The position numbers and the translations under genes are program-made. Shown here piece after piece: positions 1-10,913 of a stretch of DNA of 64,000 nt. The notes under the pieces were generated by a model. That model saw only the letters and a program-made list of their open reading frames with translations. It was not told where the DNA came from and did no database searches. The stretch's first letter is position 1; each line of letters opens with the position of its first letter. Source of the stretch: Macrostomum lignano (Eukaryota); assembly GCA_002269645.1 (NCBI GenBank), contig NIVC01000114.1:806001-870000 (forward strand). Reading direction: 5' to 3'.

Positions 1-1274
1 TCCTGCATACCTGCATACTGTACTTTACAATCGTAGGTACGGACTGATAATGTCTCTCAAAGCGATCCCACGTTCGGAATTCGAAGTCAGTCAGACCAGG
101 CTGACTGACGCCATCAAGTTCTCGTTGCTCTGAAGGTCTTGCAGAGAACTCCAGTATACGATCGATTAAACGGCTGCGTTACAACACCAGATCTAGGCTT
201 CGATCGCACACAATTCATGCCATATGGTGACTAATGACGGCTGCTCCAGCATGATGAAGCTTGATGGAGTGCTGTTAGCGCAAAACTGAGTCTGTTGGCA
301 ACACACTTGATGTCACCAACTAAAATGAAATGCGACGGCGTCAAAAAAAAGAATCCACAGCGGCTTTTCTCATTTAGTGCTCACAGCCGAACCCTGAAAC
401 CCGAGCCCATGCTGACAGGGCCAACTTTAAAAAAAAACTAGCCTGATATTTTGCACAGTACTCAAAGCTTGCCATCAGGTCACCTTCCTATGTTCTACAG
501 GTAAGCTGCCCCCAAATGACCCGAGCTTACAAGAGTTGTCGATCAGTTGGAAGAGCTGGTTGATACTGATGCTAGAGGACCCAGGGCGAGATGCTCAGTT
601 TAAAAATGAATTACAAGCATATATTTGTCTACCTCTTGTTTGTTTTCACGCAACAATAAGTTGCTTGATGATAAGAAAGCTCTATCTAACTACGAGCTAA
701 AATTTATAAAATTTTCAACATTACCTAAATTAAAAAAAAACAGAATCTTTGCAATGCAGTGAAATCTATGGTAAAACTTCCAGAGGCTTTGCGCATGTCA
801 GAACGCATCTGCAGCTCTCCAACAGCTCAGAATACTCACGTGGAGTTCCCGTCGCTGCAGACGCCGCCGTTCTGACAGGGCCCTGACAGGCAGTAGTCAG
901 TGTCCACTGAGCAGTTCCTGCCCTCCCAGCCTGTGAAGCAGCTGCAGCTGTAGTTTTTCACCAAGTCTGAGCACAGGCCGTTGGTGCAGGGCTTGCTGGC
1001 GCAGTCATCAATGTTGTTTTAGCACCTGTCACCTGTGAATCCCGTGTCTGTGCAGTCGCAGGTGAATCTGAAATTCAAGCAGAAAACTCGGCACTATAGT
1101 TCGGCTGTTCAGCGTTTCCATCGGCAGTTATCGGTGTTAAATTTTCCCAACCATACAAACGACGGTTATAAAACTCGGAGTAGGGTTTTATAGTTTCAGA
1201 GTCGTAATTAAACGGTAGATATTAGTTTAAGTAGCCGCTACAGAAACAAAATTTAGAATCGAAACAGGAAAGTA

Positions 1275-3459
1275 CCCTCTGTTAAATAAACCAGATAACA
1301 TCACAAGATAACTTTCGCTCAAACAAGATAACATGCCCTATTCCGGTTATGCAAAATGTTATCTTGTATGAATCCTGTTTGCGTGACGAAATCTTACGTT
1401 TCCTTGTTTCAAACAGGATTCACTGAACAGGTAACAGTCGGGTAATTCATGCGAAAAAAAGCCGGAAGGCATTGACATCAAATTTCGCAGTAAAGAAGCG
1501 TATAAAAAGTTGGTGCTTCAAGATGTTGTGAGTAGCATCTATATTTAACAGAGGGGTGTCATTTGTAAGCGCCTTATACAAACTAAACGGTAGATCAACA
1601 GGAACGGAAACTTCTGGAGAACAGTGTGGCATACGTCTGAGTTTCGGGAGTCCAGTAACGACTACTGTATTGACTTGTTCGAGGTTTTACTAGCACCCGA
1701 CAAGATTACCGACACTCGTAGTCTGTAACGACTACTCTCTTGACTTTATCTGCTCACGGCTGGTGCAACTGCAAACGCCTTAGACAAACCAATGGAGCAT
1801 GTACCGATAAAAATCGGATTAGCGTCTATCTTAATAGGAAAGCTGCTTTGCATACTGGGCCAGTTAGAGCTATTTGGAACTATGCCACAGTCTCCGTCTA
1901 GACACCCAGCTGTGCCAAACAATTATGGTTGGCTGACTCATGCTTCTAAGCGTCAAATATGACGATAGAATCATTCAGCCCGTTGACACACTAAGCAGCT
2001 GTGATAGACTACATGCCAGTGGAAGTCAAACCTCTTGCACACAATCAGGGCGCAACAATTTTTCAATTGTCACCTGTACGGAGGATGGGCACAGCCTCAC
2101 ATTACGGACGCTACAGTGCCTCCGAAAAGCAGATCAATTCAACTTGCAATTTCGAGGCTTTATTACCCCTCGGATTTAAGATTGACAAATCAAAGTGACT
2201 ACTCTTAGCAGCTGCCTTGAGCCACAACAGACGCGAGGATTGATTACCCCTCGTAGGTCAGCGTTTTCAGTCAACTGCTAAACTCTGATTCATCGGTTGA
2301 AGGGTGGTTCCATTGTCAAAAATCAGCCGCGCGCACTCATGAGCCGGACTATTATCCTAAAGTCTCACTTACGAATAACCAACCATTATCCCTCGCTGGT
2401 GGCCATAAACCAAAACTGCAGACGCTTTAGACAACCCAATTGAGCATGCTCTACGAGCTAGCAAGAGCTAAAATAACATCTGTCTTAAAAAAGATAATGA
2501 TACCGTAGAACTGGGCTTGAAATGGGCTATCACCGGCAGAGAGGGTGGGCACGGCCTCACATTACGAGCGCTAGCGTTTGCTGATATGGCACTTTACCCC
2601 TCGCAGGTCAGCATAGCAGCTGCCTTGAGTCCCAACAGAAGCGAGGATTGATTATCCATCGCAGGTCAGCATAGCAGCTGCCTTGAGTCCCAACAGAAGC
2701 GAGGATTGATTATCCATCGCAGGTCAGCATAGCAGCTGCCTTGAGTCCCAACAGACGGAAGACCAGTCTTATCCGTAACTTCATCGAGATGACGAGATTC
2801 AGGTCAATGGGAGCTGAACCCTGTGGATTTTCCGGATCACTTAGTCTAGATCACTGAGGAATTCCGACTGAACTCCAAAAATCTCATCCAGAACATTTTC
2901 ATTGAGACAACCTGAAATTTGGGTCCATACAATCAGAATTCAGCAGTGTTCCAGGTGAAAAGTACAATGGGTTCTTACAGACCGGATAACACAAAGGCAT
3001 TTTTGAAATCTTTTTCCATTATCTGGTTTGCAAGCCAGATTCGCATCATGTTATCCGTCATATTTCAGATTCACACAGGTTTCTTACAGACCAGATAACA
3101 CACAGTTATCTTGATTTAAATCTTGTATTGTTACCAGTATCTGATTTTCAAACAAGATTCGCGCCATGTTATCCTGTAAAATTCCGATTCAAACAAGATT
3201 CGGTCAACCAAGATAACAGAGAATTATCTGGTGGCGAATATTGTACTGTAATCTGATTTCTAAGCAAGATTCAGGCCATGTTATCTGGTGAAATTCACAT
3301 AACTCACCAGATAACAATCAAACCAGATAACACTAATATTACCTGTTGACGAATCTGGTGGTTTCACCAGTTTCGCACGACAAACAAGGGATATCGGTAG
3401 TGAATTTGACAAGATTCGCAAATTATCTTGTGGTGTTATCTGGCTTATTTACCAGAGGG
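1275..3459. mobile_element. Non-autonomous TIR DNA transposon, EnSpm/CACTA(CMC)-like
   Basis: ~45-bp imperfect TIRs (CCCTCTGTTAAATAAACCAGATAACATCACAAGATAA vs reverse complement of the right end CCCTCTGGTAAATAAGCCAGATAACACCACAAGATAA). Flanked by TA (or GTAC) duplication. Many subterminal AGATAAC/GTTATCT and AAGATTC repeats. Absent from paralogous introns. Superfamily inferred from CCC termini, short TSD and subterminal repeats. Confidence 0.75.
2601..2756 (+). repeat. 58-bp tandem repeat (~2.6 copies) plus a dispersed copy at ~2207-2262
   Basis: Unit CAGCATAGCAGCTGCCTTGAGTCCCAACAGAAGCGAGGATTGATTATCCATCGCAGGT starting at 2609, 2667 and 2725. Confidence 0.9.
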
Positions 3460-3499
3460 TACCTATCTCGATACTTTACTAACGAAAATTGAAGAACTC

Positions 3500-3885
3500 A
3501 ACCGCAGGCACATCAGGGTGGTAACCATGGCCCTCTCATGCCAATACTGTTTTGCCAGACATCGCTACCTCCAGGTAAAAATCGCCAGTGAGGAAAGCCC
3601 TTTGTGTCTCTCCGGTGTTGAGAATGCGGAGCACTTCATCTGTGAATGCCCGCCCTACAAAAGACAGGCTCACCTGCCTCGGCCAGAACCCAATTTTTTC
3701 GATGCTTTCAGGACTGGGAATTTCTGCCAGATCGCCCGCTATCTTATTGTCTACCATCCTGCGGTTCCCCCTGCGCGACACCGCAGCACCAGCTGCCCGT
3801 GGTCGCCAGAGGTTAGCGGAATGGGCGTCGACGCCTCTCCGCTGCATTCGCGGATGCCCAGAGCCCCCTGCAGCTGAGTCTAATC
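3500..3885 (+). mobile_element. 3' end of a non-LTR retrotransposon (I/R1-group-like C-terminal Cys/His motif), intronic
   Basis: Frameshifted GHG..FARHRY...SPLCLSGVENAEHFICECP motif, then a 3' UTR; sister copies end in (TCAAG)n. Antisense to the host gene. Confidence 0.65.
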
Positions 3886-4328
3886 AAGAAGAACTCACGT
3901 GCCGTTGCCATCAATGCACCTGCCGCCATTGAGGCAGGCGCCCGTTGGACAGTCGTTGTGGTTGATGTTGCAGTTCCTGCCCTCCCAGCCTGTGAAGCAG
4001 CTGCAGCTGTAGGCATTCACCAAGTCTGAGCACAGGCCGTTGGCACACGGCTTGCTGGCGCAGTCATCAATGTTGATCTCGCAGTCGGTGCCTGCAGCAG
4101 ATTGCAAAATCGAAAGGAAAGAAAAATAATCAGAGACTTCAGCTGAGGCATTTCTGTATGAATGCCGTCCTGACTGGCTTGTGTCCTGACACCACTGATC
4201 AGTTGACAATTCTTATTTTTTACAATGCGGAGAATTGCTTTACGCGTAGCTTTGCCGAAATTTACTTTTTAACCAATGTAAATGACGAGGAGGAAAAATG
4301 AAAATAACTCATCTGTTTTGAAGGGGCT

Positions 4329-4590
4329 GTGAGATGGTGGATGGGATCTGTGAGATGATGGATGGGATCTGTGAGATGATGAATGGGATCTGTGAGATAA
4401 TGGATGGGATCTGTGAGATGATGGATGGTATCTGTGAGATGGTGGATGGAATCTGTGAGATGATGGATGGGATCTGTGAGATGATGGCTGGGATCTGTAA
4501 GATAATGGATGGGATCTGTGAGGTAATGGATGGGATCTTTGAAATGAAATGATGGATTGGATCTGTGAGATTAAAGATGGGATTTTGGAG
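4329..4590 (+). repeat. 21-bp minisatellite type A (GATGGGATCTGTGAGATGATG), intron 2 of gene A
   Basis: About 12 direct copies, interrupted by a 1-kb insert; the last unit resumes near 5594. Confidence 0.95.
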
Positions 4591-4592
4591 AT

Positions 4593-5593
4593 TGTAACAG
4601 TCACTATTTTTGCCTATCATTTTACGTATACCGCCTTAGTAAATACGACTATTTTTCAAAATCGCTAAAAACATCTCTGTGCCTGCATAAATAAATCTTT
4701 TATGCCGTTAATATTAAATCTTAGTATCGATTAGTAGCCTACAGTATAATCTAGTGTTTTTATTAGTTTAAACGCGTACGCCATATTGATTATGTTTTAT
4801 ATATAAGCAAGAGAATAAATCGAGAAGGAGAATAACTTTTTCCTCCGCCAGCCTGGCTATAATTAAGGCCTGCTTTGCGGTTGTCACCGAACATTGTTCT
4901 AAAAATAGACTAGTCTTAGTCATTTAAAGCGCTCCGCCTTCCCTCTCCTGCGAAGCTTGTACAGTTAGAAGTGTTCAACACTTCCCTTCCCCCTATTACC
5001 CGCTCCCCGGGACGTTCAGTCCTACCCCGAGTAATTGCCCTCCAATCGCCCGCCTCTTCTGCCCTCCCCCCCTTTTAGTGGATAGTCTGTCTGCTCAGGT
5101 GTACAGCCTTATTCCCTCAGACGTACAGTCTGCCCCAGCATCCCCGCTCCCAACCCTTCTTTGTAGAAATCTCCCATATTCATTAGGCGGATTGCCTTCT
5201 TACAATGCTATATTAGACGGACAATTTACTTATGCCAGCATTCCCTATTAGTGTTTAGAAATCCCCCATTAGTGCGCTTTTCCAGGCAACTCCGATCCAT
5301 CGCGAAGCCCTTAATTCCCCTCTCCCATCTATATTCCCCGGACTGAGAAGAAAATTGTGTCTTGCCACTCGGACACACCCACGCTCCAGGAATACTCCTT
5401 TCAGTAGGCTATTCCAAACATTTCCTCCCGAATCCCCGAGTCCCAACTTAATTTCCCAACCCATAGCACAGTTTTGGTGATTCCCAGTGAACAGTGAAAG
5501 ACCCCTGTAACACTTTTGGTTGCAGCGAATACCTCCAACAGTTTCTGTAGCTAAACGGTGGGATAAAGCTATAAATAAACACCCCCTACAACA
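4593..5593. mobile_element. Probable solo LTR (~1 kb) inserted in minisatellite A
   Basis: TGTAACAG...CTACAACA termini; flanks AGAT/AGGT (4-bp TSD with one mismatch); absent from the paralogous array at 51805-52447. Confidence 0.55.
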
Positions 5594-6806
5594 AGGTGAT
5601 GGACGGGATCTCTGAGAGGCTGTACGAGTTTTGTTAGGTGTCTTATTGTATGGAATGATAGTATTCGTTTGTTAGACAGACATCAAGATAAGATTTCGGG
5701 ATTTTTACGAGCTAAGTCAATTGTTAGCATTAATATTATTCTTTATAAATTTTCAGAAAACAAACTTTCTGTAAAAAAATCCCACATAAAAGCAGCCAAT
5801 ATACTTTTCAATTGAGTTGATCTGGTTCAGCCTAACTCAACAATTTAAAAAAATTATTCGGATAATAGTAGTTCTAAAACATTTTTTAGAGTTTCAAATT
5901 TTGATTTGCAGCAGGTCACCCACCTGTGTAGCCGGGAACGCAGCTGCAGTGATACCAGGGGCTCGCGTCTGTGTTGCTGCAGGTGCCTCCGTTTTGGCAG
6001 CGACTGCCTGAGTATGTAGCACAGAAGTCTATTCTATTGGTGCAATATGTACCAGTGTACGCGTCAGGGCACAGACACGGAGGAGTGCTTGACGTCACAC
6101 CACCCGGCCAGCAAATGCCGCCATTCTTGCAGTCGCCCTCGCTGCAGGCGGCTCGCCTCGTCCGCGCCAATTCGTTGGCGTCCTCGTCAAAACCTTCATA
6201 TTGAAAATCAGAGGAAAACTTATTAACTGTCATTTAAGCTACCTTAAAACCCCAACTCACCAGCGGATAAGTCTTCTGAAACCGAAGCACACGAAGCTCG
6301 ATGCCAAGCCAGCGTCAGAACTAGAATTAGTGTCGGCAGTCGAATTTCGGACGACATTCCGGACGAGCTCAGAGCCGAGGCTTATCTAGTTTGAAACTCG
6401 CACAAGTTTGAGCAGCTGAAAATCAAATTGAATCAAATTTGAATCAATTGAAATAGAAGGAATTAGTATAGCTGTGCTGAATATGCTACTTATGAGATAA
6501 TTAATATTGAAATAAGAATCAGATTTGCCATACTGGTTAATAAAAAATAAAGTAATTAAAATCAGTCGCAGGTATATTTTCATTTCAAGCAGCTGGCTGA
6601 GGCTCAGGCAAAACAACTTTTTCGACTCTAAAAAGCACTGAATTATTTTGTGACTGCTGAAAAATGCACATTGAAAATGCATTGAATTTCGCTATTTAAA
6701 ACCGGCTCGGCGGTTTTAAACTGAAAATTTTCAATTTTAAGGTCGATCATATTTTTAGACAATTTTGAACTTAGGCTACTACTTATAAAGATTTTCAGTA
6801 GTCAAG

Positions 6807-7633
6807 TGTGACGTTGCTAGTTTAAGTGGTCCCGCAAAAGGGCCGTTGGACTATAGTTTCCCTTGTAATTTCTCATATTAATTTTTCCAATAGTTTATTC
6901 TAACGTTTACTTATAGTAGCGTGCAAATAATTTGTATCAATTGCTAATTCACTGTGTATTTGCTATCCTCTCTCGCGACCGTATAATTTTGGCACGATCG
7001 ATAATTTCAAGTTCTCTCGCCAGCCAATGAGAGCTCTCCGTGTTTGCGCTACCCCCTTTTGCGCTCTTTATTAAACCCCCCGCCTGGCGGCGGGCACTCC
7101 TCACTTGCTCTTGGCCTCCCTCTTGTTAGTCCTTGTGTTCTGTGTTCTCTAGGCTTGTCCTTCGTCCCGTCTGGCTTGCCTAGCCTTGCCTAGCCTTGTC
7201 TAGCCTTGTTTTCCTTCTCTCTGTTTGGCTGCCTCGAGCCTCCTTACTTCACGCCACGGCTGACGCCAACCTCGCCACTGCTCATCTACCTGCCTACTGC
7301 GTCTCACTGCCTTCACTGTGCTCACTGCCATTGCTCATCACGTCGCATCGCCATTGCACCGTTTGTCTGTCACTTGACTATCCAATTTATCTTCAAAGAA
7401 ACCATTGTTGCAGCCGCCAGTGCCCAGAAAGCTATAGTTTGTTTATTGACATAAATTTTAACCAAGCCTAGTATTGATACTACCAATAAAACCAACTACG
7501 GCAGTTCCTGCCTCTATCGCCAAGTGCTCCGCTACAAAATCCGCTTATGAGAATTGTCTTCGACTTATTTTGGGACTAAAACGGCCCTTTTAAGGCTCTT
7601 CGCATAACTGGCCGCTACGCCAATAACGTGACA
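6807..7633. mobile_element. Solo LTR (827 bp) upstream of gene A
   Basis: TGTGACGTT...AACGTGACA inverted termini; exact 5-bp TSD TCAAG (6802-6806, 7634-7638); empty site with a single TCAAG at ~53655 in the duplicate. Confidence 0.9.
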
Positions 7634-8099
7634 TCAAGTAAGACCTTTACAAGTATAAAGAGTTTTAGTAAAGAAAAATCCAGAAAAAAGCTGGATTTTA
7701 TTTTTAGAAACTAAACTAGAATTTTTGTAAACTAAAAATATTCCACTTGGGAACTCGGTCGCCTGGAATTGCAGCAGCACGGCAGTTGACCATGAAAATT
7801 TAAAAAATCGAAAACGGTAATTAGCAAAAACTAATGCATTATGATACAATGAGCAGTTTGTTTCTGGTTTTACATTGCCTAACAATTTCAAGTATTCACT
7901 TTTATTATGCCCAAACTTCATAAGCTCCAAACTTCCTAACACAAATTTCACAACGCTCACAATTCACCTGTCAGTGTTGGGCATTGTTAAAGAAAATTTT
8001 AACTTCCGTTAACGACGAAAGGATTTGCCGTTAAATTGAAAAAAAATATTTTTCAAAAAAAACGCTAAAAAGGTGGGCCTCTACGGGCTTCTGTCTCAC

Positions 8100-8246
8100 A
8101 GTTCGATAAACTGAAGACGGCAGGCGCAACAACCGACAGCACCACGATGCCCAGTGCTCCGAGGGCGACTCTTAGCACAATGGTGACAGTGCTAGAGATG
8201 CCCGTGTCAGAGTCTGTCGGCTTGATCTCGGGGTAACGGCGAATGT
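8100..8246 (-). other. Orphan transmembrane-coding exon (147 nt, phase 1-1)
   Basis: cag|AC acceptor and T|gtgaga donor; encodes DIRRYPEIKPTDSDTGISSTVTIVLRVALGALGIVVLSVVAPAVFSLSN; open copy at 54113-54259. Confidence 0.55.
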
Positions 8247-8941
8247 CTGACAAGTGCAGTGGATTTGTGAAATTGAGAACTCCTTGTAGTTGTATGTTTT
8301 AATATTGTGAAAGTGTGAATAACATGTCCAATCACTGCCTTACGCGGTGATTAACTGATAAATTACTTTGAATTCTTTTGAAAACCTGACATCACAATAT
8401 GATACCTTGACACTCAGAGGGCGCCCAATGTAACACCCTGACATCATGTTCAACACTGTTAAACATTTCAACATTCTAACATGGCTCTGTTAGACACTCT
8501 AAAACCTAATTAGACACCCTGATTCCCATTTAGACAACTCGCTACCAAATTAGAGGCGCCCCTGGTAGAATAAAGAAAAGACTGAGTGAGCCAAGGACAT
8601 TCCACTGTAACAGGAAAGCAAAACAAAATTTTCTAACCAGCGGAGCAAGCCTTGGCACCAACCAGACACCAGCAGACAAACCTCGGAGCCAAGGAATAAC
8701 TGAAAGTGTAGATTGGCTGGCCAATCGCTGTTAGCGGGGCCGGGGGGCTTGTCGTCGCCCGTGTTTGGGGGTGCTTGGTCCGGGGGTGGGTGCGCCGCCC
8801 CCGGGGCGGGGGTGGGTGTCTGTGGGGCCTTTTTAGCCCCGTGCGTTGTGCCCGCCTCAGCCTAACTCTCCTCGCCAGCTTGCATGCGTTTTTGCGATTT
8901 TTGGCTAGCCCAACTTAATTACTCAACTTACTCTGGGTACT

Positions 8942-9631
8942 ATGAGTTTGCGTAGGATGACTGTAAATCAGCTACGTGAAGAATTGAGTGATAGGGGCCT
9001 GAGCACGCACGGCTACAAGAAAGACCTGGTCAGCAGACTCTCCACTGCGATGAACCAGAGCGAAGCAGCTAGTCGGCGGGAACAAGCGGCGTCAAAGTCC
9101 GCGGAGACCGACAACGAAGGTCGGCGGCAGCAGCAGCAACAACGGCTGGAGGCAGGGGAGGCGCTGGACCTAGCAGAGCTCCGGCGGAAGATAGCTAGCC
9201 TGGAATCGGAGACGGCAGCAATGCGCCAGCAGCTGGAAGGCCGATTTAGACCAGGTGAGGTGGACCAACAGCTTCTTAATGAGCCCTCTGATTGTAGTAG
9301 CGACATGAATATCCCGAGTATGCTCAGAGGTCCCGGGTTCGAGACCAGGCTCGAGCCCTCAGTAGCTCAACTAGGGTTACGGGCGGCACCACTCGTCGTT
9401 GCGGATTTCTGCGGTTGCGACCCTCGGACGGCGCCGGCGAGTCGTAGGGAAAAGGTGCTGCATCCAACCGCCAATCAGCCTAAACCCGAATCGCTGGGAA
9501 TTTTGCTTCGGCCCACATCAACGTTAAGGAGACCATCACACCTGTCCTCAGCATCCTCGCGGCCCCGGGCCGCTTCGCCGGTGCGGACATCGTCGTGTAC
9601 AGCGACAGCTCGGCGGCTGTCGGTGCGCTGA
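8942..9631 (+). CDS. ORF1/gag-like protein with N-terminal SAP domain and coiled coil; 3' part runs out of frame across a deletion
   Basis: LRRMTVNQLREELSDRGLSTHGYKKDLVSRL matches the SAP consensus; followed by a helical Q/E/L-rich segment. Confidence 0.7.
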   Translation: MSLRRMTVNQLREELSDRGLSTHGYKKDLVSRLSTAMNQSEAASRREQAASKSAETDNEGRRQQQQQRLEAGEALDLAELRRKIASLESETAAMRQQLEGRFRPGEVDQQLLNEPSDCSSDMNIPSMLRGPGFETRLEPSVAQLGLRAAPLVVADFCGCDPRTAPASRREKVLHPTANQPKPESLGILLRPTSTLRRPSHLSSASSRPRAASPVRTSSCTATARRLSVR

Positions 9632-9780
9632 ACAAGCTCAGCTCGCCATGTAACGACGTCAACCGGCTCCTGCACACGCTGTCGCTTGCCTGCGACGCGT
9701 GGGGTCTGCGGCTGCGGGCCTTTCACGTTCCGGGCGCCTTCCAGGTCCTGGCGGACCCGGCCTCTCGCCTTGCTTCTAGA
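9484..9780 (+). pseudogene. DIRS-type RNase H fragment (C-terminal half)
   Basis: HINVKE...DIVVYSDSSAAVGALNKLSS...LRAFHVPGAFQVLADPASR fits the DIRS RNase H pattern (HINxLE...VxxDN...HIPGxxNxxADxLSR). The N-terminal DAS motif and the whole RT are missing. Confidence 0.75.
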
Positions 9781-9839
9781 AGCGGGGCGCAGAATTTCTT
9801 TCTCCGCTTCTACCGTAGCCTGCATGATTTAGCTGCTGA

Positions 9840-10913
9840 ATCCTGCTGCATCTCGCGCCACGCGCTCTGCCCTGCCTCCGCCTCGCTTTTGCTTTTGCAG
9901 GTCCGGCGCCTCCTGCCTCCCGCCTACCCGGGCCGCTCCTTCGCTTTCTCGCCGACGCCTGGGCTCCTAGTACGAGGGCATCGTACGCTTCAAACCTCAA
10001 ACAGTGGCAGCGCTTCTGCAACCTCGAAGGTGTTCAGCCACTAGCGGCGTCCCCGGTGCACTTGGTCGAGTATGTGCGACGCCTGGCTAAGCGCGGCGTG
10101 GAACCCGGTAGCCTCGGTGGAGACCTGGCGGTTATCAGCTGGAGCTTCAAGCTGGCGCAACTCCCCGACATCACCAAGTCCGGCCTGATCGATCTGGCAG
10201 TTAAGAGCGCCAAACGGACAAGCGGCCATTCAGTCAAGCAGAAAGACCCCATCACCCCGGCTGTTCTGCTTTCACTGGCAAACCAGGTGAACCCAAGAGA
10301 CCCTGCAGACGCCGCCTTTTGGGCCGCCGTGCTCTGCTGCTTCTGGGCGCTTCTCAGGAAAGCAAATGTCTGCGGGCGCCACTCCATTCTCGTCAGCGAC
10401 ACTCAGGCCGATAGTCAGTGCTGGAGACTCCGAGTTCGACAGTCGAAGACCAACCAATGCGGACAAGACTACCAGGAGGCGGTGCTGCCAGTACTCGGAA
10501 ACCACCCACTTTGTCCTGTCCAAGCCCTGCGGCGGCATTTTCAGGCTAACAAGCTGCGGTCTGCGACGGCGCTCACTCGGCTGTTTTGCGTCCACATCGC
10601 CGGAAGCTGGTGCCCGATGTCATCGCGTCAATTCGACCGCCGCCTCGCTCGGGCTCTGACAGATGCGGGTTGGGCGGCGACAGCTTTCTCGGGCCACTCT
10701 CTACGACGGGGTGGCGCCTGTCTGGCGTTCGACAGCGGCCTCGACGTGGAGCAGATCAAGCGGCTGGGCGGCTGGCGCAGCGGCGCCGTTTCACGCTACC
10801 TGCCGCAGTCGGGAGGTTGCCTCCGTCTCCTGCGCCCAATCGTCAACCGTGTGCTGTCGGCACCTCCTAGCGCTCGCCTGACTCGCCCCGTCGCCGTGTA
10901 CCCTACTCTTTGA
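9840..10913 (+). CDS. Tyrosine recombinase/integrase (DIRS/Ngaro type), intact reading frame
   Basis: Stop-free frame from 9840 (no ATG; the ORF track starts at GTG 10056). N-terminal APSTRASYASNLKQWQRFC; catalytic set LLRKAN (R), SKTNQ (K), GHSLRRGGA (HxxR), GGWRS (W), SRYL (Y). Confidence 0.9.
   Translation: MLLHLAPRALPCLRLAFAFAGPAPPASRLPGPLLRFLADAWAPSTRASYASNLKQWQRFCNLEGVQPLAASPVHLVEYVRRLAKRGVEPGSLGGDLAVISWSFKLAQLPDITKSGLIDLAVKSAKRTSGHSVKQKDPITPAVLLSLANQVNPRDPADAAFWAAVLCCFWALLRKANVCGRHSILVSDTQADSQCWRLRVRQSKTNQCGQDYQEAVLPVLGNHPLCPVQALRRHFQANKLRSATALTRLFCVHIAGSWCPMSSRQFDRRLARALTDAGWAATAFSGHSLRRGGACLAFDSGLDVEQIKRLGGWRSGAVSRYLPQSGGCLRLLRPIVNRVLSAPPSARLTRPVAVYPTL

Larger units (their letters stand above)
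840..6357 (-). pseudogene. Gene A: Crumbs-like EGF gene, 5' part, with premature stop (continues beyond the left edge)
   Basis: Exons 6357-6261 (signal peptide MSSEIRLPTLILVLTLAWHRASCAS), 6193-5924 (RTRR + 2 EGF), 4091-3899 and 1067-840, all GT-AG and phase-compatible. TAA at 1019-1021 where paralogue E has CAA (DRC*NNIDD vs DRCQNNIDD). Either a pseudogene or a ~202 aa secreted 4-EGF product. Confidence 0.8.

Noticed and set aside
2601-2756. CRISPR-like array
   Set aside because: Contiguous tandem units with no unique spacers, no cas genes, eukaryotic context.
6696-6720. TTAAAACCG-N6-CGGTTTTAA hairpin upstream of A and E as a Helitron end or regulatory site
   Set aside because: No CTRR terminus or other support; its conservation is explained by the recent duplication.
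9013-10881. Overlapping antisense and alternative-frame ORFs in the YR element and in EGF exons
   Set aside because: Expected shadow ORFs of GC-rich coding sequence; no motifs.
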